DNA of 50,924 nucleotides from Candidatus Amesbacteria bacterium (GTDB taxonomy: Bacteria > Patescibacteriota > Microgenomatia > CAZETR01 > Amesbacteraceae): the NCBI GenBank assembly GCA_016219445.1, contig JACRNA010000013.1, positions 1 through 50,924 on the forward strand, written 5' to 3'. Positions 43,369 through 50,924 of the stretch are shown piece by piece. How positions within the stretch are numbered: position 1 is the first letter of the stretch; each line of letters opens with the position of its first letter. The notes beneath the pieces are model-generated. The model saw only the letters and a program-made list of their open reading frames with translations, had not been told where the DNA came from and did no database searches. A program made the position numbers and the translations under genes.

Positions 43369-44594
43369 AATCAAATTTTTCCAAATTGCTTGAAAACAGG
43401 AATTTTATCAAGCTTTGGCTATCCCAAATATTGTCCCAGATTACGATCAATCTCATGACTTTTATTATTTTGACCAGGATATTTGAAGCCACCAAGTCCA
43501 ATGTGGCAGTGTCGTTACTTTGGATTGCAAGCTCACTACCAGCTTTATTTTTTGGTCCATTCTCGGGCGCAATTGTCGATAATTTTAGCAGGCGTAAAAT
43601 GATGATAGTTACCAATATTGCCCAAGCTGTCAGCGTGGCGTCCTTTTTGATTTTGAAAAAATACGTATTTGCTTTGTATGCAGTTGTCTTTTTGTATTGG
43701 CTGATTGATCAGCTTTATCTACCTAGCCAACAGGCGAGTCTTCCTTCTTTGATTAAGGGTAAGCTTCTGGCATCAGCCAACGGTTTATTTTTGTTAACCC
43801 AGCAAGCATCATTTTTGTTTGGCTTTGGTATGGGAGGATTATTTTTGACTGTCCTTGGACGCAACAATACTGTACTTATGGCTTCAATATTACTATTGAT
43901 CGCTGCAATTTCAGTCTACTTATTACCTAAAGATGAGCCTAAGTCCAAAAACTTTAAAGTCAATAAGTTTTGGAATGATTTTAGACTTGGTTATAAATTT
44001 ATCCGAACCCACAATGAAATATTAATGCCGCTTTTAGTGATTATATTTTCTCAGATTTTTGTGGCCATTATTTCGTCTATTTTGCCATCATATACCAAAG
44101 TAGAATTGGGACTGGATCTAAAGCATGTCAGTCTGGTATTGGTAGTCCCAGCTGCTATAGGAGCTCTGATATTTACCTATTACTTGCCAAAGCTATTGCA
44201 TAAATTTAGAAAAATTATTGTTATAAAATCAGGCCTAATCGGCGCTGCTTTATCTCTTGTTGGTTTGGCTGTTTTGCCGTATATGACTAGATATAGTGTC
44301 TTGTTTGGAGCTCTTGCTGCCGTACTCCTTGGTGCGTCGTCTGCTGCGATTACCGTCCCATCCCAGACTCTTCTTCAAGAAAAAACGCCAGCTTGGTTTA
44401 GGGGTCGGGTCTACGGATCGCTGTCATTTATGCTGATTAGCGCCACATCAATTCCTTTATTGGCTGCTGCTACAATGGCTGATGTAATGGGTATTCCTAT
44501 TTTACTTATTCTTATGGCTACCACTTTATTAATTGGTTTTGCGTTTATTCATAGAAAGGGGGATCATGTCTTGGCAAACGGTTTTGGGATTTGA
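43365..44594 (+). CDS. MFS transporter inserted between gatA and gatB
   Basis: 12 TM helices and an MFS loop motif G.IVDNFSRRKMM. The ATG at 43365 overlaps the gatA stop. Confidence 0.85.
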   Translation: MKSNFSKLLENRNFIKLWLSQILSQITINLMTFIILTRIFEATKSNVAVSLLWIASSLPALFFGPFSGAIVDNFSRRKMMIVTNIAQAVSVASFLILKKYVFALYAVVFLYWLIDQLYLPSQQASLPSLIKGKLLASANGLFLLTQQASFLFGFGMGGLFLTVLGRNNTVLMASILLLIAAISVYLLPKDEPKSKNFKVNKFWNDFRLGYKFIRTHNEILMPLLVIIFSQIFVAIISSILPSYTKVELGLDLKHVSLVLVVPAAIGALIFTYYLPKLLHKFRKIIVIKSGLIGAALSLVGLAVLPYMTRYSVLFGALAAVLLGASSAAITVPSQTLLQEKTPAWFRGRVYGSLSFMLISATSIPLLAAATMADVMGIPILLILMATTLLIGFAFIHRKGDHVLANGFGI

Positions 44595-45774
44595 AATTCA
44601 TATAGAATTATCTACTAATTCAAAAATGTTTTGCGGTTGTCCAGCCAATCACTTTAATACCCCGCCAAATTCACAAGTCTGTCCGGTCTGCTTGGGTCTT
44701 CCCGGAGCTTTACCGGTACCCAATGCCAAAGCCATTGAATGGTGTATAAAGTTGGGCTTGGCATTAGGATGCAAAATAAATCTGCAAAGCAAATTTGACC
44801 GCAAAAATTATTTTTATCCCGATTTACCAAAGGGATATCAAATAAGTCAATACGACCAGCCCCTTTGTGTAGAAGGAAATTTATTGGGTCATAAAATTAG
44901 GCGGGTGCATATGGAAGAGGATACGGGAAAGCTACTACATCAAGGCTCCGAAACATTGATAGACTTTAATAGGAGTGGGGTGCCATTGGTCGAAGTAGTG
45001 ACCGAGGCTGATTTTAATGACAGTAACGATAGTGACAATTTCTTGAAAGAATTACAGCAAATTATTAGAGCACTTGGGATCAGTAGTTGTGACATGGAGA
45101 AAGGATCTATGAGGCTTGAAGCAAATATTAGTGTTAGTCCAGATGAGAGTTTTCCAAATTATAAAGTTGAAATTAAAAACGTCAATTCTTTTAGGTTTGT
45201 CAAGAAGGCCGTGGATTTTGAAGTTTCACGTCAAATCAAATTACTCGAGACAGGTCAAACTCCTATTCAAGAGACACGAGGATTCAAGGAGACCACTGGT
45301 GAGACTTTTTCCCAAAGAGTCAAAGAAGAAGCACACGACTATCGCTATTTCCCAGAGCCTGATATACCGCCCTTTGAATTTACCCAGGCGCAGATTGAAA
45401 AGTGGCGCTCAGAATTACCAATTTTGCCTTCCCAGAAACGACTTCAATTGGTTGAATTGGGTTTGTCCGAAAATTATGCCAGGATTATTAGTGCTGACCC
45501 AGAAATGTATGATGTCTTTATGAAAAATCCAACCAAACAAACAGCAGATTTACTTATCAATAAACGTGAGGCAAGAGTTGTTTCTAATATCCCTGAAGAG
45601 AAAATTCGTGAAGTTGTTTCAAAGGTTATTTCAGCCAATATTGCAATTGTGGAATCAATTAAAGCAGGTAAAACCCAAGCCATTGGAGCTCTAATTGGGC
45701 AAATAAAAAAAGAACTTGGAGACATTGATATACCCTTGACACAGAAAATAATTAGTGAGATTATGAAGTTATGA
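44566..45774 (+). CDS. gatB: Asp/Glu-tRNA(Asn/Gln) amidotransferase subunit B
   Basis: MSWQTVLGFEIHIEL..KMFCGC, RKNYFYPDLPKGYQISQ and HMEEDTGK. The ATG at 44566 is preferred over the track start at 44533. Confidence 0.93.
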   Translation: MSWQTVLGFEIHIELSTNSKMFCGCPANHFNTPPNSQVCPVCLGLPGALPVPNAKAIEWCIKLGLALGCKINLQSKFDRKNYFYPDLPKGYQISQYDQPLCVEGNLLGHKIRRVHMEEDTGKLLHQGSETLIDFNRSGVPLVEVVTEADFNDSNDSDNFLKELQQIIRALGISSCDMEKGSMRLEANISVSPDESFPNYKVEIKNVNSFRFVKKAVDFEVSRQIKLLETGQTPIQETRGFKETTGETFSQRVKEEAHDYRYFPEPDIPPFEFTQAQIEKWRSELPILPSQKRLQLVELGLSENYARIISADPEMYDVFMKNPTKQTADLLINKREARVVSNIPEEKIREVVSKVISANIAIVESIKAGKTQAIGALIGQIKKELGDIDIPLTQKIISEIMKL

Positions 45775-45995
45775 AAAAGACGACCCAAATAAATGAATAC
45801 GAATTGCCAATTGAGGTAAACAAAGAAGGTAGTTATTATATTGCCAAGTGTCAAACATGGTCTGATTGCTATGCCCAGGGTTATTCGCTAGATAGTGCTG
45901 TAGATGCTGTTTCTGAAGTGGCAAAGGGACTCATTGAGATTTATGAGCAAGAGGACAAAAAAATTCCTTTGAAGCTGAAGCGTCAAAACCACTAA
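45771..45995 (+). CDS. hicB: HicB-family antitoxin (short, UPF0150-like)
   Basis: YELPIEVNKEGSYYIAKCQTWSDCYAQGYSLDSAVDAVSEVAKGLIE fits the HicB N-domain pattern. The start overlaps the gatB stop. Confidence 0.75.
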   Translation: MKKTTQINEYELPIEVNKEGSYYIAKCQTWSDCYAQGYSLDSAVDAVSEVAKGLIEIYEQEDKKIPLKLKRQNH

Positions 45996-46192
45996 GATAT
46001 TCTGACGTAATCAAAAAAGTAAAAAAGGCTGGTTTTGTGTTTCGAAGAACTACTGGTTCGCATGAGATATGGTGGAATGATAAAACAACTAAAACATGTG
46101 TTATCCCTCACCATATGGAAGTTGCTCCTGACACAATAAAAAACATTATTTTTCAAATGGGTATTGATAAGAGAGAGTTTGATAAGCTATAA
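45992..46192 (+). CDS. hicA: HicA-family mRNA interferase toxin with no canonical start codon
   Basis: LRYSDVIKKVKKAGFVFRRTTGSHEIWWNDKTTKTCVIPHHMEVAPDTIKNIIFQMG (GSH...P.H hallmark). The frame is -1 relative to hicB and open from 45947. No ATG/GTG/TTG occurs before the GF-V codon. Confidence 0.65.
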   Translation, partial: LRYSDVIKKVKKAGFVFRRTTGSHEIWWNDKTTKTCVIPHHMEVAPDTIKNIIFQMGIDKREFDKL

Positions 46193-46201
46193 CAGTAACT
46201 A

Positions 46202-49200
46202 ATGGCTGCCAAATTTGTACACTTACATTGCCACACAGAATATTCGCTCTTGGATGGTCTGTCCAAGATCAAGAAGCTGGTTCGGCGAGTAAAGGAACTC
46301 GAAATGCCAGCAGTTGCCATTACCGATCATGGGGTAATGTATGGAGCCATCGAATTTTACAAAGAATGTCAGAAGGAGGGAATCAAACCATTGGTTGGCA
46401 TGGAAGCATATACTTGTATTGGCGATCACAAACAAAAAAACGGCCGGGAAGATACCAATCATCTATTGTTGATAGCCCAGAACTATACAGGCTACAAAAA
46501 TTTGATGAAGTTGTCTACTATTGCCCAAGTGGAAGGATTTTACTACAAGCCCCGGTTTAGCAGAGATTTACTAAAGCTCTACGGAGAAGGTCTGGTTGTT
46601 TCGTCTTCGTGTCCCAAGGGAGAAATAGCCCAACATCTGATATCAGGAAATATGCAAAAAGCATCAGAAGCGGCAGCCCAGTTTTTGGAAATTATGGGGA
46701 ATAATTATTATTTGGAAATACAGAGACATCATCATAGTGATTACTTCGATCGATTGAAGAATCAGCCGAGACTTCTCGAAAAACTGCAAAAGATGCAAAA
46801 AGACGAAGATGTCTGGATCAATGGGATTACAAAGTTGAGCCGAGACCTGGGTATTCCGTTGGTCGCCACCAATGATGCCCATTATCTAAATAAATCCGAC
46901 GCCAAAGCACAAGATTCCTTAGTTTGTATTTCGACTGGAAAGAATGTATCTGATATTGATCGGATGAGATATATTGATTCACCCACATTTCATCTGACCA
47001 CACCAGATGAAATGACCGCTCTATTTTCAGATTTGCCCGATGCTCTAGAAAATACCTACAAGATCGCTGAATCCTGTGATTTGCAAATTGAACTAGGGAA
47101 ATCCTTTTATCCTCAAGTGGCATTACCTGCAGGAAAAACAGCAATAGAGGTCTTAATGGATTTAGCTCATGATAAAGTAAAGGAGCGATATAGGGTAGTG
47201 ACTGACGAGATAATCAAGCGCTTAGATTACGAACTTGATGTAATTTGCACAAAAGGATATGCCCCATATTTCTTGATTTTGGCTGATCTTACCAGTTGGT
47301 GTTCTAATAGAGGAATAATTACCAATACTCGGGGATCAGCTGCTGGTTCGGTAGCCTCATATGTTGTTGGTATTACCACTGTGGATCCAATTAAATATGC
47401 TATTCCATTTGAACGTTTCTTAAATCCTTTTAGACCAAGTTCTCCGGATATTGATTTGGACATTGCAGATGATAGACGCGAAGAATTAATGATTTATATT
47501 ACCGAAAAATACGGTCAAGAAAAAGTTGCACAGATTTGTACCTTTGGAAGAATGCTTGCCAGAGCTGCCGTCCGTGATGTGACTCGGGTTCTTGGTCATC
47601 CATATGCCGTAGGAGATAGATTAGCCAAAATTATCCCCCTAGGTGCTCAAGGTTTTCCTATGACACTAGATCGTGCTTTAAAAGAATCTACCGAATTCAA
47701 ACATCTTTATGATACGGATCAAATTTCTAAGGAAATTGTAGAGTTGGCTCGTGAAATCGAAGGTAATGCCAGACATGTATCAGTGCACGCTGCTGGTGTT
47801 GTGATTTCGCCAGAGTTAATGACGGATTTTACTCCTCTACAATTAGAACCAAAGGGTTCAAAGATAATTACACAATACGAAATGCATTCGATTGCGGATG
47901 AATATGGTGGGGTGGGTTTGGTAAAAATTGATGTTTTGGGTATTCGTAATCTTTCGATTTTAGGAGCTGCCCGAGATCTGATTGAAAAAATGCACCATAT
48001 TAAAATCGATTTATTAAAAATCCCAATTGATGACAAAAAGACATTTGATATGCTGGCCCGTGGAGAAACAATGGGAACTTTTCAGCTGGGTGGATCTGGT
48101 ATGACCAAGTGGCTCAAAGAACTCAAACCAAGCCGAGTAGAGGATTTGATGATTATGGTCGCGCTTTTCAGACCAGGTCCTATGGCTAATATTCCTGAAT
48201 ATATTGCACGCAAAAACAAAAAAAACAAAATAACCTATTTGCATCCCAAAATGGCCGAATATTTGGATAAGTCATATGGAATATTGGTTTATCAAGAGGA
48301 CATAATGTTTACGGGTATGACACTGGCTGGATACAACTGGGGAACAATTGACAAGTTGCGTAAAGCCATTGGTAAGAAATTGCCAAAAGAGATGGCTGAA
48401 CAACATACGGTTTTTGTCGAAGGTTGTATTAAAAATTCGGGCATGTCAAGCGAGGAAGCAGAAAAGATTTGGGACCTATTTGTCCCGTTTCAAGGTTATG
48501 GATTCAACAAAGCGCATGCTGCATCATATGGAATAGTTTCATATCAGACTTCGTATCTTAAAGCCAATCATCCAGTGGAATATATGACAGCGCTTCTGAC
48601 TGCAGAGTCGGGAGATACTGAGAAAATTGTCGAGGCCATCGAAGAGTGCAAGAGAATGAAAATACCAGTACTTCCCCCAGATATAAACAAATCCGATATC
48701 AATTTTTCAATAGATGAAAAAGCAATAAGATTTGGCTTATCGGCTATCAAAAATGTCGGTGACGTGGCGATTAATCTGATTCTCGAAGCGAGAGTAGTTG
48801 GTCCATTCAGATCGCTGATAGATTTCTGTTTACGTGTTGATTCCGGCAAAGTAAATAAAAAAGTTCTCGAAAGTCTTATTAAGACCGGAGCATTTGATCA
48901 GTTTGGTAATCGTTCTGCCATGCTTTCAGCGCTCGACCGTATCCGCGAGATGGGGACATCTATAAATAAGCTCAAAAATAGTGGACAGTCAAAATTATTT
49001 GACGAAGAGGAAATTGGAGCTGATAGTAAGGATACGTTTCCCGAGCTTGAGGAGTTTGAAAAGTCTCAAAAGTTGGCCATGGAAAAAGAACTTTTGGGAT
49101 TTTATCTTACCGATCATCCCCATTCCGAAAAATTGGCATCATTAAGTGAGCATGTCACCTGCCGGATTTCTGAGCTGTATGTCGATAATTACAATGGCCA

Positions 49201-49666
49201 GAGAGTGACTTTGGGGGGAATTGTAGAATCTTGCCGGAATGTGACGACAAAAGCCCATAATCAGCAAATGTGCTTTGCCAAGATTTCAGACTTGGGTAAA
49301 TCGATAGAGGTAGTAGTCTTTCCCAAGGTTTATTCGATAAGCTCCGAGTGTTGGAAGATTGATAATATAATTCTGGTCAGTGGCAGAATCGAATCCAAGC
49401 AGGAAGAGGAGGAATCTGAATCAGCTATTACCCTAATAGTCGATTCGGCAGAGATTTTTACTGGAAAAATAACCAAGCCAATATCTATTTATATCCCCAA
49501 AGGCTTGCCTCAAGCCAAACTGGTATCTTTAAATACTTTACTCTCGGCAAACAAAGGAAAGACGTCGGTCGAATTGATCTTTGATACCAAGATAATGCCT
49601 CTTCCTTACGGTCTATTCTGGAGCCAAAAATTGGAAGAAGAAATAGCTTCCTTGTTAAAAATATAA
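46202..49666 (+). CDS. dnaE: DNA polymerase III alpha subunit
   Basis: PHP domain HLHCHTEYSLLDG, palm and fingers motifs, an OB-fold C-terminus, 1154 aa. Confidence 0.97.
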   Translation: MAAKFVHLHCHTEYSLLDGLSKIKKLVRRVKELEMPAVAITDHGVMYGAIEFYKECQKEGIKPLVGMEAYTCIGDHKQKNGREDTNHLLLIAQNYTGYKNLMKLSTIAQVEGFYYKPRFSRDLLKLYGEGLVVSSSCPKGEIAQHLISGNMQKASEAAAQFLEIMGNNYYLEIQRHHHSDYFDRLKNQPRLLEKLQKMQKDEDVWINGITKLSRDLGIPLVATNDAHYLNKSDAKAQDSLVCISTGKNVSDIDRMRYIDSPTFHLTTPDEMTALFSDLPDALENTYKIAESCDLQIELGKSFYPQVALPAGKTAIEVLMDLAHDKVKERYRVVTDEIIKRLDYELDVICTKGYAPYFLILADLTSWCSNRGIITNTRGSAAGSVASYVVGITTVDPIKYAIPFERFLNPFRPSSPDIDLDIADDRREELMIYITEKYGQEKVAQICTFGRMLARAAVRDVTRVLGHPYAVGDRLAKIIPLGAQGFPMTLDRALKESTEFKHLYDTDQISKEIVELAREIEGNARHVSVHAAGVVISPELMTDFTPLQLEPKGSKIITQYEMHSIADEYGGVGLVKIDVLGIRNLSILGAARDLIEKMHHIKIDLLKIPIDDKKTFDMLARGETMGTFQLGGSGMTKWLKELKPSRVEDLMIMVALFRPGPMANIPEYIARKNKKNKITYLHPKMAEYLDKSYGILVYQEDIMFTGMTLAGYNWGTIDKLRKAIGKKLPKEMAEQHTVFVEGCIKNSGMSSEEAEKIWDLFVPFQGYGFNKAHAASYGIVSYQTSYLKANHPVEYMTALLTAESGDTEKIVEAIEECKRMKIPVLPPDINKSDINFSIDEKAIRFGLSAIKNVGDVAINLILEARVVGPFRSLIDFCLRVDSGKVNKKVLESLIKTGAFDQFGNRSAMLSALDRIREMGTSINKLKNSGQSKLFDEEEIGADSKDTFPELEEFEKSQKLAMEKELLGFYLTDHPHSEKLASLSEHVTCRISELYVDNYNGQRVTLGGIVESCRNVTTKAHNQQMCFAKISDLGKSIEVVVFPKVYSISSECWKIDNIILVSGRIESKQEEEESESAITLIVDSAEIFTGKITKPISIYIPKGLPQAKLVSLNTLLSANKGKTSVELIFDTKIMPLPYGLFWSQKLEEEIASLLKI

Positions 49667-49692
49667 ATTTAAGGTAGAATTAGATCCACAAT

Positions 49693-50022
49693 ATGGCAAT
49701 TTCTCTGAAAATCAAAGAGACCGATGTCCATGTAGGCGACATAGTTCGTGTTCACCTGAAGATCCAAGAAGGTGAAAAAGAGCGTATCCAAATTTTTGAG
49801 GGCATGGTTTTGGCCATCCGTGGTAGAGGATTAGAAAATCAAATGTTTACAGTCAGGAAGATTGCGTCTGGAAATATTGCAGTGGAAAGAATATTCCCAG
49901 TCAATTCTCCTTGGATTGTCAAAATTGAAGTCAAAAAGACAGGGGATGTCCGCCGGGCAAAGTTGTACTATGTACGCACAAAGTCAGCTCGCCAAGTGGC
50001 TCAGATCAACATTAATAATTAG
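49693..50022 (+). CDS. rplS: 50S ribosomal protein L19
   Basis: [31 protein letters not shown]...FTVRKI.....VERIFP..SP. Confidence 0.95.
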   Translation: MAISLKIKETDVHVGDIVRVHLKIQEGEKERIQIFEGMVLAIRGRGLENQMFTVRKIASGNIAVERIFPVNSPWIVKIEVKKTGDVRRAKLYYVRTKSARQVAQININN

Positions 50023-50924
50023 TATTTTGTTGTTAGGAGCTAGTCTTAGATTAATAAGTTTTCCGTCACTTCCAAATGGACTTCATTGGGATGAGCAGGA
50101 TACTGGCTATCAGGCCTATTCACTTTTGAAAACGGGTAAAGACTATTTTGGCAACATTCTTCCTCTTTTTCCTCATTCTCTGGCTGAATACCGTACTCCA
50201 GTCTTGATCTATTCTACCGTTCCCAGTGTCAAATTCTTTGGTTTGTCTGCATTTTCGGTTCGAATATTGCCAGCAGTATTTAGTATTTTGGGAATTATCA
50301 CATTCGGAATATTGGTATATTATTCGAGTAAAAATATTTTATTAACTTCACTATCACTTCTCACTATCGCTATCTCGATTTGGCATGTCCAGTATAGCCG
50401 TCAGGCTGTCGAGTCTGTCGTCATGTCTCTTTATTTTCTCTTGGGTCTGACCTGTTTTTTTAGAAAAAAGTATATAATTTCGGCACTAATGTTTGGATTA
50501 TCCATGTGGGCATATAGTACAGCTAAACTATTTGTTCCGGTTTTTGTGTTAGTTTTATTAATAACAAACATCAAAAATATAAATAAAAAGTTGTTAATAA
50601 TTCCCAGTATTTTATTTATCATTTTGTCGGTTATTGTAATCGGAGACGGTGTGTTTGGAAAAAGTGGTCAACGGTTTAGAGAGCTGTCAATTTTTACCGA
50701 TCCGACTACTGCCACACAGGTAGATTACCTCCGCCAGACCCAGCAACGGGCCTCTGGAGCTACTGGAGTTGGTTTGACGCCAAGGCTAATAGACAAGATT
50801 ATTTATAACAAGCCTATGCTTTGGTGGGGGACGTTTATCCGAAATTATGCCTCAGCCTTCTCAACTGAATTTTTGTTTATCAAAGGTGATCAGGAATTGA
50901 GACACTCGCCATCAAAAGAAAATA
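49970..50924 (+). CDS. GT-C-fold (ArnT/PMT-like) membrane glycosyltransferase, 3'-truncated by the window end
   Basis: Absent from the ORF track because it has no stop in the window. The ATG at 49970 gives [61 protein letters not shown]. The frame looked open to 50924 on a spot-checked hand translation. It overlaps the rplS 3' end by 53 nt. Confidence 0.7.
   Translation, partial: MYAQSQLAKWLRSTLIISILLLGASLRLISFPSLPNGLHWDEQDTGYQAYSLLKTGKDYFGNILPLFPHSLAEYRTPVLIYSTVPSVKFFGLSAFSVRILPAVFSILGIITFGILVYYSSKNILLTSLSLLTIAISIWHVQYSRQAVESVVMSLYFLLGLTCFFRKKYIISALMFGLSMWAYSTAKLFVPVFVLVLLITNIKNINKKLLIIPSILFIILSVIVIGDGVFGKSGQRFRELSIFTDPTTATQVDYLRQTQQRASGATGVGLTPRLIDKIIYNKPMLWWGTFIRNYASAFSTEFLFIKGDQELRHSPSKEN

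Noticed and set aside
4579-44565. N-terminal extensions in the ORF track for ftsI (4579), mraY (6532), ftsW (7487), wzx (27565), the GT-C-like ORF (30268), the MFS gene (43341) and gatB (44533).
   Set aside because: Each extension overlaps the preceding gene in another frame, starts at a non-ATG or gives a non-homologous N-terminus. An internal ATG at the upstream stop codon gives the canonical protein start in each case.
45222-45237. A parS-like sequence, AGTTTCACGTCAAATC.
   Set aside because: It matches only 12 of 16 positions of the TGTTTCACGTGAAACA consensus, is not palindromic, and lies inside gatB coding sequence.
1-50924. UGA recoding (code 25/4), as seen in some candidate phyla.
   Set aside because: TGA ends many well-conserved genes at the expected length and takes part in ATGA start/stop overlaps (ftsL/ftsI, GT2/wzx, gatA/MFS, gatB/hicB). 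The standard code fits.
1-50924. CRISPR arrays, rRNA genes, tmRNA, RNase P RNA, prophage or integrase genes, and reverse transcriptase/DGR components.
   Set aside because: I looked for regularly spaced direct repeats, conserved RNA cores, and integrase or RT motifs in the ORF set. None was found.

Overview
This is an AT-rich, tightly packed window, mostly coding on the plus strand. It uses the standard genetic code: TGA acts as a stop in many ATGA start/stop overlaps. Gene content and style suggest a small-genome, Patescibacteria/CPR-like bacterium, which is an inference. In order, the window holds: (1) an ORF-free hairpin-rich head; (2) two tandem glycine T-box leaders, a 56-codon sORF and glyQS; (3) a division/cell-wall cluster mraZ-rsmH-ftsL-ftsI-dgkA-mraY-ftsW, a terminator, then murG, an ftsQ-position ORF, ftsA and ftsZ, followed by ileS, rodA, rplU-rpmA and parB; (4) lepB and tRNA-Val; (5) ruvC-ruvA-ruvB on the minus strand, preceded at 3 nt by a putative restriction endonuclease that faces an HTH-fused C5 DNA methyltransferase; (6) a secreted Kelch-repeat/lipase fusion; (7) a Wzx/Wzy-type glycan cluster of GT2, GT4 and GT-C genes plus methyltransferases, with a SpoU/TrmH gene inside it; (8) an accessory patch with tRNA-Thr, two decayed nucleotide-metabolism genes, a low-GC orphan ORF, a tRNA-Gly(CCC) nested inside a split tRNA-Gly(CCC)-like gene, a LysM protein and tRNA-Asp; (9) SNase-like, MBL-fold, PepF, LemA and HtpX genes; (10) a Y1/HUH (RAYT/IS200-like) transposase bounded by perfect 18-bp inverted repeats; (11) gatC-gatA-MFS-gatB, hicB plus a start-less hicA, dnaE, rplS and a partial GT-C glycosyltransferase. 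The observations most worth a second look are the nested tRNA, the tandem T-boxes, the recurrent TGnTAnnnT-N6-ATG (leaderless-type) start contexts, the R-M module fused onto ruvCAB, the repeat-flanked RAYT, the start-less hicA and the A16 tract in a truncated methyltransferase. No CRISPR array and no rRNA gene were seen.
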